Shown: positions 30,698-39,083, counted from the stretch's first letter. The stretch is DNA of 59,738 nt from Acidimicrobiia bacterium (GCA_050249235.1 JBFWQW010000006.1:1-59738), one strand, 5' to 3'. The notes: generated by a model not told the origin, from the sequence alone. A program made the numbers and translations.

Positions 30698-31213
30698 GTG
30701 CCCGCCCGCGCCGGCGACGAGGACGGCTTCTCGCTCATCGAGCTGCTCATCGCCGTCGTCGTGCTCGGAACGGGCGTCGTCGCCGTGCTGGCCGCTATGA
30801 CGACGTCGATCACCAGCTCCGACGTGCACCGCTCGCTAGCGGGCGGTGAAGCCGTCACCCGTGACTACGCCGACGCCGTCAAGGCCAAGGCGCTCGCGGC
30901 CACGACCTTCACCCTCTGCCCGCCGGCGACCGCCTTGACGCCCGACTTCGACGAGCCCGGCTACACGGTCACGATCACCGCCGTGGAGTACTGGGACCCG
31001 GACGAGGGCGACCCCCGGAACGGCAGCTACGGCAGCCGGGCGGGCTGCCTCGCCGAGGCCGCCGCCCGGTGCGCCGGCCTCCCCGATCCCTTGCCGCCGT
31101 CGTGCGACTCGGGGGTGCAGCGGGTCACGATGGAGGTCCGCCCCGAGGGCAAGTCGGGCGCGGCCGCCACCACGACCACGAGTCGAGTCGTCGTGCGCCG
31201 GGGGAACGCGTGA
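30698..31213 (+). CDS. prepilin-type N-terminal cleavage/methylation domain protein (minor pilin/pseudopilin)
   Basis: Leader VPARAGDEDG followed by FSLIELLIAVVVLG (G-1, F+1, E+5). Begins 2 nt after the pilC stop. Confidence 0.75.
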   Translation: MPARAGDEDGFSLIELLIAVVVLGTGVVAVLAAMTTSITSSDVHRSLAGGEAVTRDYADAVKAKALAATTFTLCPPATALTPDFDEPGYTVTITAVEYWDPDEGDPRNGSYGSRAGCLAEAAARCAGLPDPLPPSCDSGVQRVTMEVRPEGKSGAAATTTTSRVVVRRGNA

Positions 31214-31848
31214 GCCGGCGCGCCGACGAGAGGGGCATGACCCTGATCGAGGTCATGCTCGGCGTCGCCATCCTCGGGATCATCATCGTGCCGATCGGCG
31301 CCGCCTTAATGCTGGGCTTCATGACTTCGAGCGGCACCCGCGAGCTGATCACCGACTCGTCCTCGGTCCAGCTGCTAGCCAGCTACGCGTCGACGGACAT
31401 CCAGAGCGCCAAGTGGGTCATCGGCGTGCCGTCGCCGGCGCCCGGGGTGCCGTGCTCGGGCTCGGGCGCCCCCCTGCTCCGCCTGGAGTGGGAGGACCCG
31501 GCAACGGCTGAGGACACGATCGTCGTCTACGAGCAGCGGTCGACGGCCTCGGAGGGGCCGTCGCTCCACCGGGTCCGCTGCGATGGGTCGGGCCAGGTCC
31601 GCGACGAGTCCCGGCTCGTCCGGTCTCTTAGCACCGAGCCGTCCGGGCCGCCGGGCTTCGCCGTGACATGCACCCGTGACGACGGGTCGACCGGCTGCCC
31701 GACCGCCCGGGAGGGCGACGTGGCGGCCCCGGTCCGCAAGGTCACGCTCGACGTGCGGAACGACAACCCGGCGGCCCGGGACTCCGCCTACGAGGCGCGG
31801 GAGTTCCGGATCGAGGCCACCCGACGGGTGACGACGGTGGCAGTGTGA
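31210..31848 (+). CDS. prepilin-type N-terminal domain protein (minor pilin/pseudopilin)
   Basis: Leader ...RADERG followed by MTLIEVMLGVAILG (E+5). The GTG overlaps the upstream stop (GTGA). Confidence 0.7.
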   Translation: MSRRADERGMTLIEVMLGVAILGIIIVPIGAALMLGFMTSSGTRELITDSSSVQLLASYASTDIQSAKWVIGVPSPAPGVPCSGSGAPLLRLEWEDPATAEDTIVVYEQRSTASEGPSLHRVRCDGSGQVRDESRLVRSLSTEPSGPPGFAVTCTRDDGSTGCPTAREGDVAAPVRKVTLDVRNDNPAARDSAYEAREFRIEATRRVTTVAV

Positions 31849-33830
31849 CCCGGCGTGCCGTGCCGGTCCGGGACCGGACGCCCGAGCGCGAGGACGGCAG
31901 TGCGCTGATCATGGTGCTGGTCTTCGTGGTCGCCATCGGCGTCATCGTCGGCGCCACCCTCGACCTCGCCAGCGCCGGCCTCCACGTGAGCGCCCGTGTG
32001 GCCGAGCTGCGGGTCACCAACCTGGCCGTCGAGAGCGCCGTCGACGGCGCTGTCAACAGCATCCGCAACAGCAACCAGCTAGGCCTGCCGGGCACCGACG
32101 GGCAGTGCGGCCCGTTCGTCCGGCCAGCCGACGGGGACGACCCCGAGGTGGTCGTCGAGTGCTCCCCCGAGCCCGTGCCCGGGGCTGCCGACGATCAGCA
32201 GCCGCCGTTCTCGGTGCTCACCCTCGGGACCGGGGACGGCGAAGGCTTCGTGAAGTCGGGGAACGCCACGCTCACGGTCGAGGGCGGGATCTTCTCGCAC
32301 GGGCGGCTGGAGGCGGCCCAGGGCCCGGTCCAGGTGATCGGCGACGCGGTCGCCCGAGGCGCCTGCTCCGGAGCGGTCACCGCCACCGGAACCAATGCGT
32401 GCTCGATCGGCGGTGGCGCCTACCCGACGGGCGACGACCCCGGCTACCCGGCCGCCGTGGGCGGCGTCGGCGACCTCGACGACATCGACCCGGAGCCGGA
32501 ATGCGTCGGCTCGGCCCGGGTGAAGTTCCTCCCCGGTTTGTACTCTGAACGACCGAAGCGGCTGCTCGAGCAGGTGGTGGCCACCGACCCCGGCCTGCCC
32601 TGCGCCGGCGCCCCGCTCTGGTGGTTCAGCCCCGGCGCCTACTACTTCGACTTCCCGGACGACGACGCCGTCTGGGATCCCCAGGCCGACGGGGTCTCGG
32701 TCGTCGGTGGCACGTTCGTCAGCGCCACCATCCCCGGCGCCTGCGACCCCGATCCGGCCCAGGCGGGCGTGCAATTCGTCTTCGGCGGCCAGAGCCGGCT
32801 CGAGAACACGAACACCGACGGGGCCCGCAAGGTCGAGCTCTGCGCAGGGCCGAACCCGGGAACGGACCAGAGGATCGCGGTCTACGGCCTAACCTCCGGC
32901 GCCCGGGAAACGATCCCGGCGTCGGGCCACCAGGAGCGGGTCGGCACCGCGGCATCGGCCACCGCGCCGTTCGCCGCCGACCAGGCCGGGCGGGCCCTGG
33001 CCGACGACGGCAGCTCGATCACCGCTACGTTCCCCCGCCAGACGGGCGGCTCGTCGCTCAGCGGCAGCGTCACCGTGAGCGGCTTCGCCGACATTCCGGA
33101 CGGGGCCCACGTCGTCGTCGCCATCCTCGAGATCCAGCACAGCGAGACCGGCCAGACCGGACAGCTCGACGTGGGAGCGACGTGGACGTCGGCCAACGGG
33201 ACGGTCGTTGGCTGCGCCTTCGGGACGGGCCCCAACCGCACGGAGTCGTGCGACATCACAGACGCGATCCGGGAAGGTGTCGACGCCGCCGAGTTCAATG
33301 GCATCTCCTCGGCGACCTTCACGGCCACTCGCGGCAACGGCGGGCCCGCCGGTCCCGGCAGCAACGCCGTCGTCAGCCTCGACGTCGTGCGGCTGCTAGT
33401 CCGGTACGTGGCACCCGGCTTTGAGGCGCACACCTGCCCCTCGGTCACCATCCCGCCCAGCTGCTCCCTGCTGACCACCACGGGAAACAACAACACGATC
33501 TTCCTCCACGGCACCGTGTACGCCCCGACGGCAGCGATACGGGTGAACGTCCACAACAAGGGAACGACGCTGTTCCGCCGGGGAGTGGTGGCGAGGCACG
33601 TCGAGGTCCGGGTGTCGAACAGCTCCAAGCAGGACGACGCCCCCTTCCAGCTAGCGGCGGCATCGGCCGCCCGCCAGGTCGTGTTCACGGCCAGGGTCGA
33701 CGGCGAGGTGAAGCTGCGGGCTCGGGTCCGCTACGTCGACATCGATACGCGGGGCACGACCGACCCGGCTGACGACGTGGGCCTGCCTGGGGCCCGCGTC
33801 GAGGTCCTCGACTGGGTCGTTGTGCGCTAG
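31845..33830 (+). CDS. large PilX/TadG-like pilus-associated protein (661 aa)
   Basis: N-terminus ...PEREDGSALIMVLVFVVAIGVIVGA is pilin-like but lacks E+5. The rest is Gly/Thr/Ala-rich and predicted extracellular. The GTG overlaps the upstream stop (GTGA). Confidence 0.6.
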   Translation: MTRRAVPVRDRTPEREDGSALIMVLVFVVAIGVIVGATLDLASAGLHVSARVAELRVTNLAVESAVDGAVNSIRNSNQLGLPGTDGQCGPFVRPADGDDPEVVVECSPEPVPGAADDQQPPFSVLTLGTGDGEGFVKSGNATLTVEGGIFSHGRLEAAQGPVQVIGDAVARGACSGAVTATGTNACSIGGGAYPTGDDPGYPAAVGGVGDLDDIDPEPECVGSARVKFLPGLYSERPKRLLEQVVATDPGLPCAGAPLWWFSPGAYYFDFPDDDAVWDPQADGVSVVGGTFVSATIPGACDPDPAQAGVQFVFGGQSRLENTNTDGARKVELCAGPNPGTDQRIAVYGLTSGARETIPASGHQERVGTAASATAPFAADQAGRALADDGSSITATFPRQTGGSSLSGSVTVSGFADIPDGAHVVVAILEIQHSETGQTGQLDVGATWTSANGTVVGCAFGTGPNRTESCDITDAIREGVDAAEFNGISSATFTATRGNGGPAGPGSNAVVSLDVVRLLVRYVAPGFEAHTCPSVTIPPSCSLLTTTGNNNTIFLHGTVYAPTAAIRVNVHNKGTTLFRRGVVARHVEVRVSNSSKQDDAPFQLAAASAARQVVFTARVDGEVKLRARVRYVDIDTRGTTDPADDVGLPGARVEVLDWVVVR

Positions 33831-33840
33831 GCACAACCAG

Positions 33841-33927
33841 CGAGTTGGGCGTCCGTTGGGCGACCGCAGGGTTGGCGATGTCGACCCGGTTCGAGACTTG
33901 GACACCACGAGTTGGGACGAGTTGGGG
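33841..33927 (+). promoter_or_regulatory. cluster of five GTTGG(G/C) direct repeats (three as CGAGTTGGG) upstream of pilA1
   Basis: GTTGGG at 33844, 33855, 33911 and 33921, and GTTGGC at 33871. The spacings within the pairs are 11 and 10 nt. The 11-mer CCGTTGGGCGA recurs upstream of pilB at 27634-27644. Confidence 0.4.
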
Positions 33928-34029
33928 ATCGGTAGACGAGGAAGCTCCTCGCCCGCCGCCGAACCAGTCGGTCAGCGCACGACACCGTCCCACCAACCCC
34001 CGTTCCACCCGACCCCGAAAGGCCACACC

Positions 34030-34398
34030 ATGTTCAGCACCGTCCGGCGAGCCCGACAGAGCGAAGAGGGCTTCACCCTCATCGAGCTCCTGATCGTGAT
34101 CGTGGTCCTCGGCATCCTCTCCGCCATCGTGCTCTTCGCCGTCGGCAACGCCCGCACGGACAGCCAAATCAGCGCTTGCAAGGCGGAGCGCAAGACGATC
34201 GAGACCGCCCAGGAGGCCTACAAGGCCAACAACGACGGCGGCTACGCCAACGCCACCTCCGCTGGTGACGAGAACACCTTCGGGAACCTCATCCCCGAGT
34301 ACCTGCGCGAAGCGCCCTCCAAGTTCACCATGACCGGCGGCGGGACCGACTGGGGTCTCAACCCCATCGCGCCCTGCACCCTCGAGAACAGCGACTGA
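34030..34398 (+). CDS. pilA: type IV major pilin (PilA-like), 122 aa
   Basis: Leader MFSTVRRARQSEEG followed by FTLIELLIVIVVLGILSAIVLFAV. Two Cys residues could form the C-terminal disulfide loop. Confidence 0.85.
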   Translation: MFSTVRRARQSEEGFTLIELLIVIVVLGILSAIVLFAVGNARTDSQISACKAERKTIETAQEAYKANNDGGYANATSAGDENTFGNLIPEYLREAPSKFTMTGGGTDWGLNPIAPCTLENSD

Positions 34399-34413
34399 GC
34401 CGGTCCTTCCGCT

Positions 34414-34447
34414 CGGGAGCGGGCGGCGCCGCAGTCGCCCGCTCCCG
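34414..34447 (+). terminator. 12-bp stem hairpin (cgggagcgggcg / cgcccgctcccg) followed by a short T-containing tract, between pilA1 and pilA2
   Basis: Read directly. It starts 16 nt after the pilA1 stop. It could act as a partial terminator or attenuator. Confidence 0.5.
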
Positions 34448-34511
34448 ACTCTTTGCAATCGGACACCGACTTGGGGTCGGTGCTCAACGCCCCAACGGAG
34501 GCCATCGCACA

Positions 34512-35483
34512 ATGAACCGCCACATCCAGGCACGACGACAGGAGGAGGGCTTCACCCTCATCGAGCTCCTGATCGTGATCGTGGTCCTCGGCATCCTCTC
34601 GGCGATCGTCCTCTTCGCCGTTGGGAACGCCCGGACTGAGAGCATCGCCAGCTCGTGCAAGGCAGAGCGCAAGACGATCGAAACCGCCCAGGAGGCCTTC
34701 AAGGCCAACAACGACGGCGGCTACGCGGCAACCTTCGACGAGCTCATGCCGGACTTCCTGCGTGAACCTCCCAAGAAGTTCACGATGACCGGCGGCGGCG
34801 CCGCCTACGCGCTCGCTCCCGTCGCTCCCTGCACCGCGGAGAACAGCGATGGCACTGCCGGCGGACCTGGCGGACCTGGCGGGCCCGGTGGACCCACCGG
34901 ACCGGCGCCCCAGGTGGTCAGCTTCACCTCGACGGCGCCCACCAACGCACGGGTCGGCGGTCCGACCTACACGCCGGCCGCCACTTCCGACTCGGGCCTC
35001 CCCGTGACGATCACCGCGGGCGGCGCCTGCTCCATCGCAAGCGGGGTGGTGTCCTTCAACTCGGTCGGCACCTGCACCCTCACCGGCTCCCAGGCCGGCG
35101 ACGACGACTTCGAGCCGGGCTCCGACACGCAGAGCTTCGCTGTGGCCGCAGCCGCGACGGCGGCCCCCGCCTACGTCAGCGGCGGCGGGATCAGCTGCCC
35201 CGGCAGCTGCGACGACAACGACACCGCGACCGCCTCGGCGGGCACCTGGACGGGCACGCCGGCGCCGACGTTCACCTACGCCTGGTACACGCACAACTCC
35301 TCGAGCGCGGCGAGCAGCTGCAACCCCTCGATGGGCGGCTGGTCCAGCCAGGGCTCCGGCCCGACGCTGAACCTCCCCAACATCAGCGGGGGCAGCGACG
35401 CCGTCATGGTGAGGGTCACGGCGACCAACAGCGACCCCGGGTCGCCGGTGACCAGGAACTTCTGCACCACCTACTCCGACTGA
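34512..35483 (+). CDS. type IV pilin paralog with Gly-Pro linker and ~200-aa C-terminal extension (Ig-like modules)
   Basis: Leader MNRHIQARRQEEG followed by FTLIELL. Residues 1-113 parallel PilA1 through ...PCTAENSD. Then come GGPGGPGGPGGPTGP and a Ser/Thr/Gly-rich region with LPVTITAGGACSIASGVVSF..GTCTLTGSQAGDD and TWTGTPAPTFTYAWY motifs. Confidence 0.8.
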   Translation: MNRHIQARRQEEGFTLIELLIVIVVLGILSAIVLFAVGNARTESIASSCKAERKTIETAQEAFKANNDGGYAATFDELMPDFLREPPKKFTMTGGGAAYALAPVAPCTAENSDGTAGGPGGPGGPGGPTGPAPQVVSFTSTAPTNARVGGPTYTPAATSDSGLPVTITAGGACSIASGVVSFNSVGTCTLTGSQAGDDDFEPGSDTQSFAVAAAATAAPAYVSGGGISCPGSCDDNDTATASAGTWTGTPAPTFTYAWYTHNSSSAASSCNPSMGGWSSQGSGPTLNLPNISGGSDAVMVRVTATNSDPGSPVTRNFCTTYSD

Positions 35484-35506
35484 CGCACCCAAAACCCGAG
35501 ACACCC

Positions 35507-35540
35507 GACGCTGCGGGGCGCACGTGCGCCCCGCAGCGTC
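35507..35540. terminator. perfect 16-bp stem hairpin (gacgctgcggggcgca cg tgcgccccgcagcgtc) between convergent genes
   Basis: Read directly. It lies between the pilA2 stop (35483) and the stop of the minus-strand ORF (35555). Confidence 0.7.
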
Positions 35541-35554
35541 GCGTGCGGCGTTCG

Positions 35555-35812
35555 TCAGAGGGGCGGGCGACCCACGCCGCGGAGGCGGACGGCCGGGTCC
35601 GGGCCGGTCAGGTCGATGACCACCTCGGCCCGGCCCTCCAGCCCGCTGGGCAGGCGGACCACGACGACGTCGCCGTCCAGCAGGCCCTCGACCTCGCCCT
35701 GCACGGTGCCGAACCAGCGCTCGTCGGTGGAGGCGAGGGTCACCCCGACGCCGGCGTGCTCCCGCCGCTCCCGCTCGGCCACGAGCGTCACGTTCCCGAC
35801 GAACGAGCTCAC
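35555..35812 (-). CDS. hypothetical small protein (85 aa)
   Basis: 3' part of ORF 35555..36280 from the GTG at 35812. Composition is protein-like. It is the last gene of the pilT-DUF429 string. Family not recognised. Confidence 0.4.
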   Translation of the reverse strand: MSSFVGNVTLVAERERREHAGVGVTLASTDERWFGTVQGEVEGLLDGDVVVVRLPSGLEGRAEVVIDLTGPDPAVRLRGVGRPPL

Positions 35813-35867
35813 GGCCCCTATCGTTCCACGCCCCCACCTCCCGGGAACAGCGCAGCCGGCCGCGCTG

Positions 35868-36605
35868 TTACCGCACGATCTCCATCCGGAGCCCTTGGCC
35901 GTCCCACTCGGCCGTCTCGGGCAGGCGGGCCGCGGCCCGGGCCATGATCCTCCGGGACGACCACAGCGCCGCGCAGCCGTCGAGCAGGTGCCAGGGCCGG
36001 ACCCCGTCGATGACGGCGTCGAGCACCCGCTCGACGCCCGGCAGCCGGCTCTCGAGCAGGGCCCGGCGCTCCTCGCGGCCGCGATGGGTCCGCTTCGGGA
36101 ACTTGAGGGGTCGCTCGCCGTTGAGCTGGAAGAAGCTCGTCTCCCCGCGCACCTCGTAGACGACCCGCTGCCGGTACGGCGCCATCTCGCGGTCGACCTC
36201 CCGGATGCGGTCGATGCGGCACCACGCGGTGAGGTCGAGCGAACCGGAGAGCGCCACCGCCTCGTCGAACGTGGACGCACCGAGCGCGGCCCGCGTCGGC
36301 GCGGCGGGAACGGCGTCGGCGTGCTCCGGGCCGAGGAGAGCCCGGACGTCGCGATCGCAGCCCCGACTCCCCTCGCCGGCGTCGGTCCGCAGGCCGATCG
36401 GCGCGTCCAGGCCGATCACCTGGTAAGAGGGCCTGGCGTCGAGCACCTCGACGAGGTCGGCGACGAGCTCGGGCTCGTTCGGGGCCAGGTGGATCCCCTG
36501 GAGCTTGGCCGACACGACCACCCAGCCCCGCCGGGTGGGCACCACGCCGGCGAGGAGCTGGTACGGCAGCGGCGGCCCGGACCCGACGCGCCGGCGGCGG
36601 TTCAC
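35868..36605 (-). CDS. DUF429-like protein (predicted RNase H-fold nuclease)
   Basis: RGWVVVS..., VIGLDAPIGL, CDRDVRALLG, IREVD and VYEVRGETSFFQLNG...ERRALL fit my memory of the DUF429 pattern. GTG at 36605 overlaps the pilT stop (GTGA). Confidence 0.6.
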   Translation of the reverse strand: MNRRRRVGSGPPLPYQLLAGVVPTRRGWVVVSAKLQGIHLAPNEPELVADLVEVLDARPSYQVIGLDAPIGLRTDAGEGSRGCDRDVRALLGPEHADAVPAAPTRAALGASTFDEAVALSGSLDLTAWCRIDRIREVDREMAPYRQRVVYEVRGETSFFQLNGERPLKFPKRTHRGREERRALLESRLPGVERVLDAVIDGVRPWHLLDGCAALWSSRRIMARAAARLPETAEWDGQGLRMEIVR

Positions 36606-37753
36606 TGCCGGCCGAGCCCCCGACGGCCGGCCCGCCACGACTGCCCGTAGCCGTCCTCGTCCCAGGACTGGTGCTGGAGCCGGCCGGCGCCCCGGGGTCG
36701 CTCGACCTCACCCGGGAAGATGCTGAACCCGACGGCGATCTCGTAGTCCACCGTGCCCTCCGCCACCAGCGCCGAAAGCGCCATCTCGAGCGTCTGCATG
36801 CCCTCGCCCTGGTGGGTGGCGACCACGTTGCGGAGCTGGCGGGTCTTGCCCTCCCGGATCAGGTTCCGCACGGCGTGGTTGGCCCGCATCACCTCGAAGG
36901 CGGCGACGAGCCCGCCGTGCGTGCGGGGCAGGAGACGCTGGTAGATGACGGCCTGCAGCGTGGAGGCCAGCTGCACCTGGATCTGGTCGCGACGGTCGGC
37001 GGGGAAGACGTCGACGATGCGGTCGAGGGCCTGGGCGGTGTCGTTGGTGTGCAGCGTGGCGAAGACGAGGTGGCCGGTCTCGGCGATGCTCAGCGCCACC
37101 GAGATGCTCTCGGGGTCGCGCATCTCGCCCACGAGCACGACGTCGGGGTCCTCCCGCAGGGCGGCCCTGAGGGCGGAGTGGAAGTCGTCGGCGTCGGGAC
37201 CGATCTCGCGCTGGTTGACGACCGACCGCTTGTGCTCGTGGACGTACTCGATCGGGTCCTCGATCGTGAGCACGTGGCAGGCCCGGTAGGTGTTGATCCA
37301 GTCGATCATCGACGCCAACGTGGTCGACTTCCCGGAGCCCGTCGGGCCCGTGACGAGCACGAGGCCGTGGGGCAGCGACACGAGCTCCTCGACCATCGGC
37401 GGCAGGCCGAGCTCGTCGAAGTCGGGGATGGCGCTCGGGATGTAGCGGAAGGCGAAGCCGATCGAGCCCCGGACCTTGAACAGGTTGGCGCGGATGCGGT
37501 CGCCCTCGAAGTCGAAGGCGAAGTCGATCTCCTTGCTGGTCTCGAGCTCGACCGACAGCTCCGAGCTCAGCATCTTCACCGCCAGCTGCTCGAGGAAGGC
37601 GGCGTCGAGCCGCTCCTCGCCCTCGAGTGGCTCGAGCATCCCGTCGATCCGTATCACCGGCGGCGACCCGACGGTGAGATGCAGGTCGGTCGCGCCCAGG
37701 TCGCGCGCGATCGTCAGGTACGGCACGATGGCGGTCGGATCGGCGCTGATCAT
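36602..37753 (-). CDS. pilT: type IV pilus retraction ATPase PilT
   Basis: GATDLHLTVGSPPVIRIDG, Walker A GPTGSGKSTT, TIEDPIEY, and AHVVRNLIREGK-like NHAVRNLIREGKTRQL. Confidence 0.9.
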   Translation of the reverse strand: MISADPTAIVPYLTIARDLGATDLHLTVGSPPVIRIDGMLEPLEGEERLDAAFLEQLAVKMLSSELSVELETSKEIDFAFDFEGDRIRANLFKVRGSIGFAFRYIPSAIPDFDELGLPPMVEELVSLPHGLVLVTGPTGSGKSTTLASMIDWINTYRACHVLTIEDPIEYVHEHKRSVVNQREIGPDADDFHSALRAALREDPDVVLVGEMRDPESISVALSIAETGHLVFATLHTNDTAQALDRIVDVFPADRRDQIQVQLASTLQAVIYQRLLPRTHGGLVAAFEVMRANHAVRNLIREGKTRQLRNVVATHQGEGMQTLEMALSALVAEGTVDYEIAVGFSIFPGEVERPRGAGRLQHQSWDEDGYGQSWRAGRRGLGRQ

Positions 37754-37813
37754 CTCCCGGAACCTCGGCTGATCGGGCCCGCGGCTGGAGTCGTGCCACC
37801 CCCGGGCTGCGGG

Positions 37814-38368
37814 TCAGAGGCTGGGGAGGCGGGCGGGGACGTCACGGAGATCGATGGCCTGCTCGCCGGCCACCGATGCGCACGCCTCCCGGAGGTCGCC
37901 GCCGAGGGCGACGGTGGCCGCCTCCCAACCCCCGAAGGGGTTGTGGGCGGTGAGGCCGGCCAGCACGAGCGGACGGTCGGCCCGCAAGGCGCAGATGGCG
38001 CCCATCTCGCCCGGCATGACGTTGACGCTGGCGCTGGCCCGGACGTCGACCACGACGTCGACCCGGTCGAGGGGGCAGCCACCCCGCTCCGGGTGCAGCA
38101 GGTTGCACGGAAAGGCGGGCTCGCCGGGCTCGTGGCAGCGGGACACCTCGCACCGGGCATCGGCCAGGACCTCGGCCGACTGCTCGACGGCCCAGTCGTC
38201 CGTGCCGACGACGAGCACCCGGAGCACGCTGCCGACGCGGCGGTCGGCCAGCGCTCGGCGGGAGGTCGGCACCAGTGCATCATCGCTGCCCACAGACAAC
38301 CCGTCGCGGATGGGCCGGTCAACTCCCGAGGCGGCGACAACCCCCGATGTGCCCCCGTGACCAGGCAT
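37814..38368 (-). CDS. hypothetical Cys-containing protein
   Basis: The ORF lies 60 nt upstream of pilT. Contains CEVSRCHEPGEPAFPCNLLHPERGGCP. The start is uncertain, because only 11 nt separate the annotated start from the divergent response regulator ATG. Confidence 0.4.
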   Translation of the reverse strand: MPGHGGTSGVVAASGVDRPIRDGLSVGSDDALVPTSRRALADRRVGSVLRVLVVGTDDWAVEQSAEVLADARCEVSRCHEPGEPAFPCNLLHPERGGCPLDRVDVVVDVRASASVNVMPGEMGAICALRADRPLVLAGLTAHNPFGGWEAATVALGGDLREACASVAGEQAIDLRDVPARLPSL

Positions 38369-38379
38369 GATGACACCCG

Positions 38380-39072
38380 ATGAGCGCCGCCGACGACGCC
38401 CTGGTCCTCGTGGTCGACGACGACGAGGAGATCCGCACCCTGCTCGCCCGCACCCTCGGTGCCGACGGGTTCCGGATCGCGCTGGCGGCCGACGCCGCCG
38501 GCGCGGTGGCGGCGATCGCGGCCCGGCCGCCCGACCTGGTCGTGCTCGACCTCGTGCTCGGCGGTGACGACGGGCTCGACCTGCTCGACGTCATCCGGCG
38601 CACCAACGACACCCCGGTGATCCTCCTCACCGGCAAGGGCGCCGAGAGCGACCGGGTGCTCGGCCTCAAGCTCGGCGCCGACGACTACCTCGTGAAGCCG
38701 TTCTCGCCGGCCGAGCTCTCCGCCCGCATCTCGTCGGTCCTGCGCCGATCCCGGCCCGGCGGCCCCCGCACCGTGCTCGACTTCGGCGAGCTGCGCATCG
38801 ACACCGGCACCCGCGAGGTCGAGGTCGACGGCGCAGCGGTGGCCCTCACCGCCCGGGAGTTCGACCTCCTCGCCTTCATGGCCGCCTCGCCCCGCCAGGT
38901 CTTCGGCCGCGACCAGCTCCTGCAACGGGTGTGGTCGTCCTCATCCGACTGGCAGGACCCCGCCACCGTTACCGAGCACGTCCGCCGGGTGCGGCGCAAG
39001 ATCGAGGCCGACCCCGACCAGCCCCGCTGGCTCACCACCGTCCGGGGCGTCGGCTACCGCTTCGAGCCGTAA
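38380..39072 (+). CDS. OmpR/PhoB-family response regulator
   Basis: Receiver domain (LVVDDDEEIR, DLVVLDLVLGG, LTGKG, GADDYLVKPF) plus a winged-helix output domain (LTAREFDLLAFMA, VRGVGYRFE). Confidence 0.9.
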   Translation: MSAADDALVLVVDDDEEIRTLLARTLGADGFRIALAADAAGAVAAIAARPPDLVVLDLVLGGDDGLDLLDVIRRTNDTPVILLTGKGAESDRVLGLKLGADDYLVKPFSPAELSARISSVLRRSRPGGPRTVLDFGELRIDTGTREVEVDGAAVALTAREFDLLAFMAASPRQVFGRDQLLQRVWSSSSDWQDPATVTEHVRRVRRKIEADPDQPRWLTTVRGVGYRFEP

Positions 39073-39083
39073 TATCTTTGCGG

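Noticed and set aside
33960-34511. Sigma-54 type promoter (TGGCAC-N5-TTGC) upstream of the pilin genes, as in some proteobacteria.
   Set aside because: A TTGCA exists at about 34454, but no GG element sits at the required spacing, and none is found upstream of pilA1.
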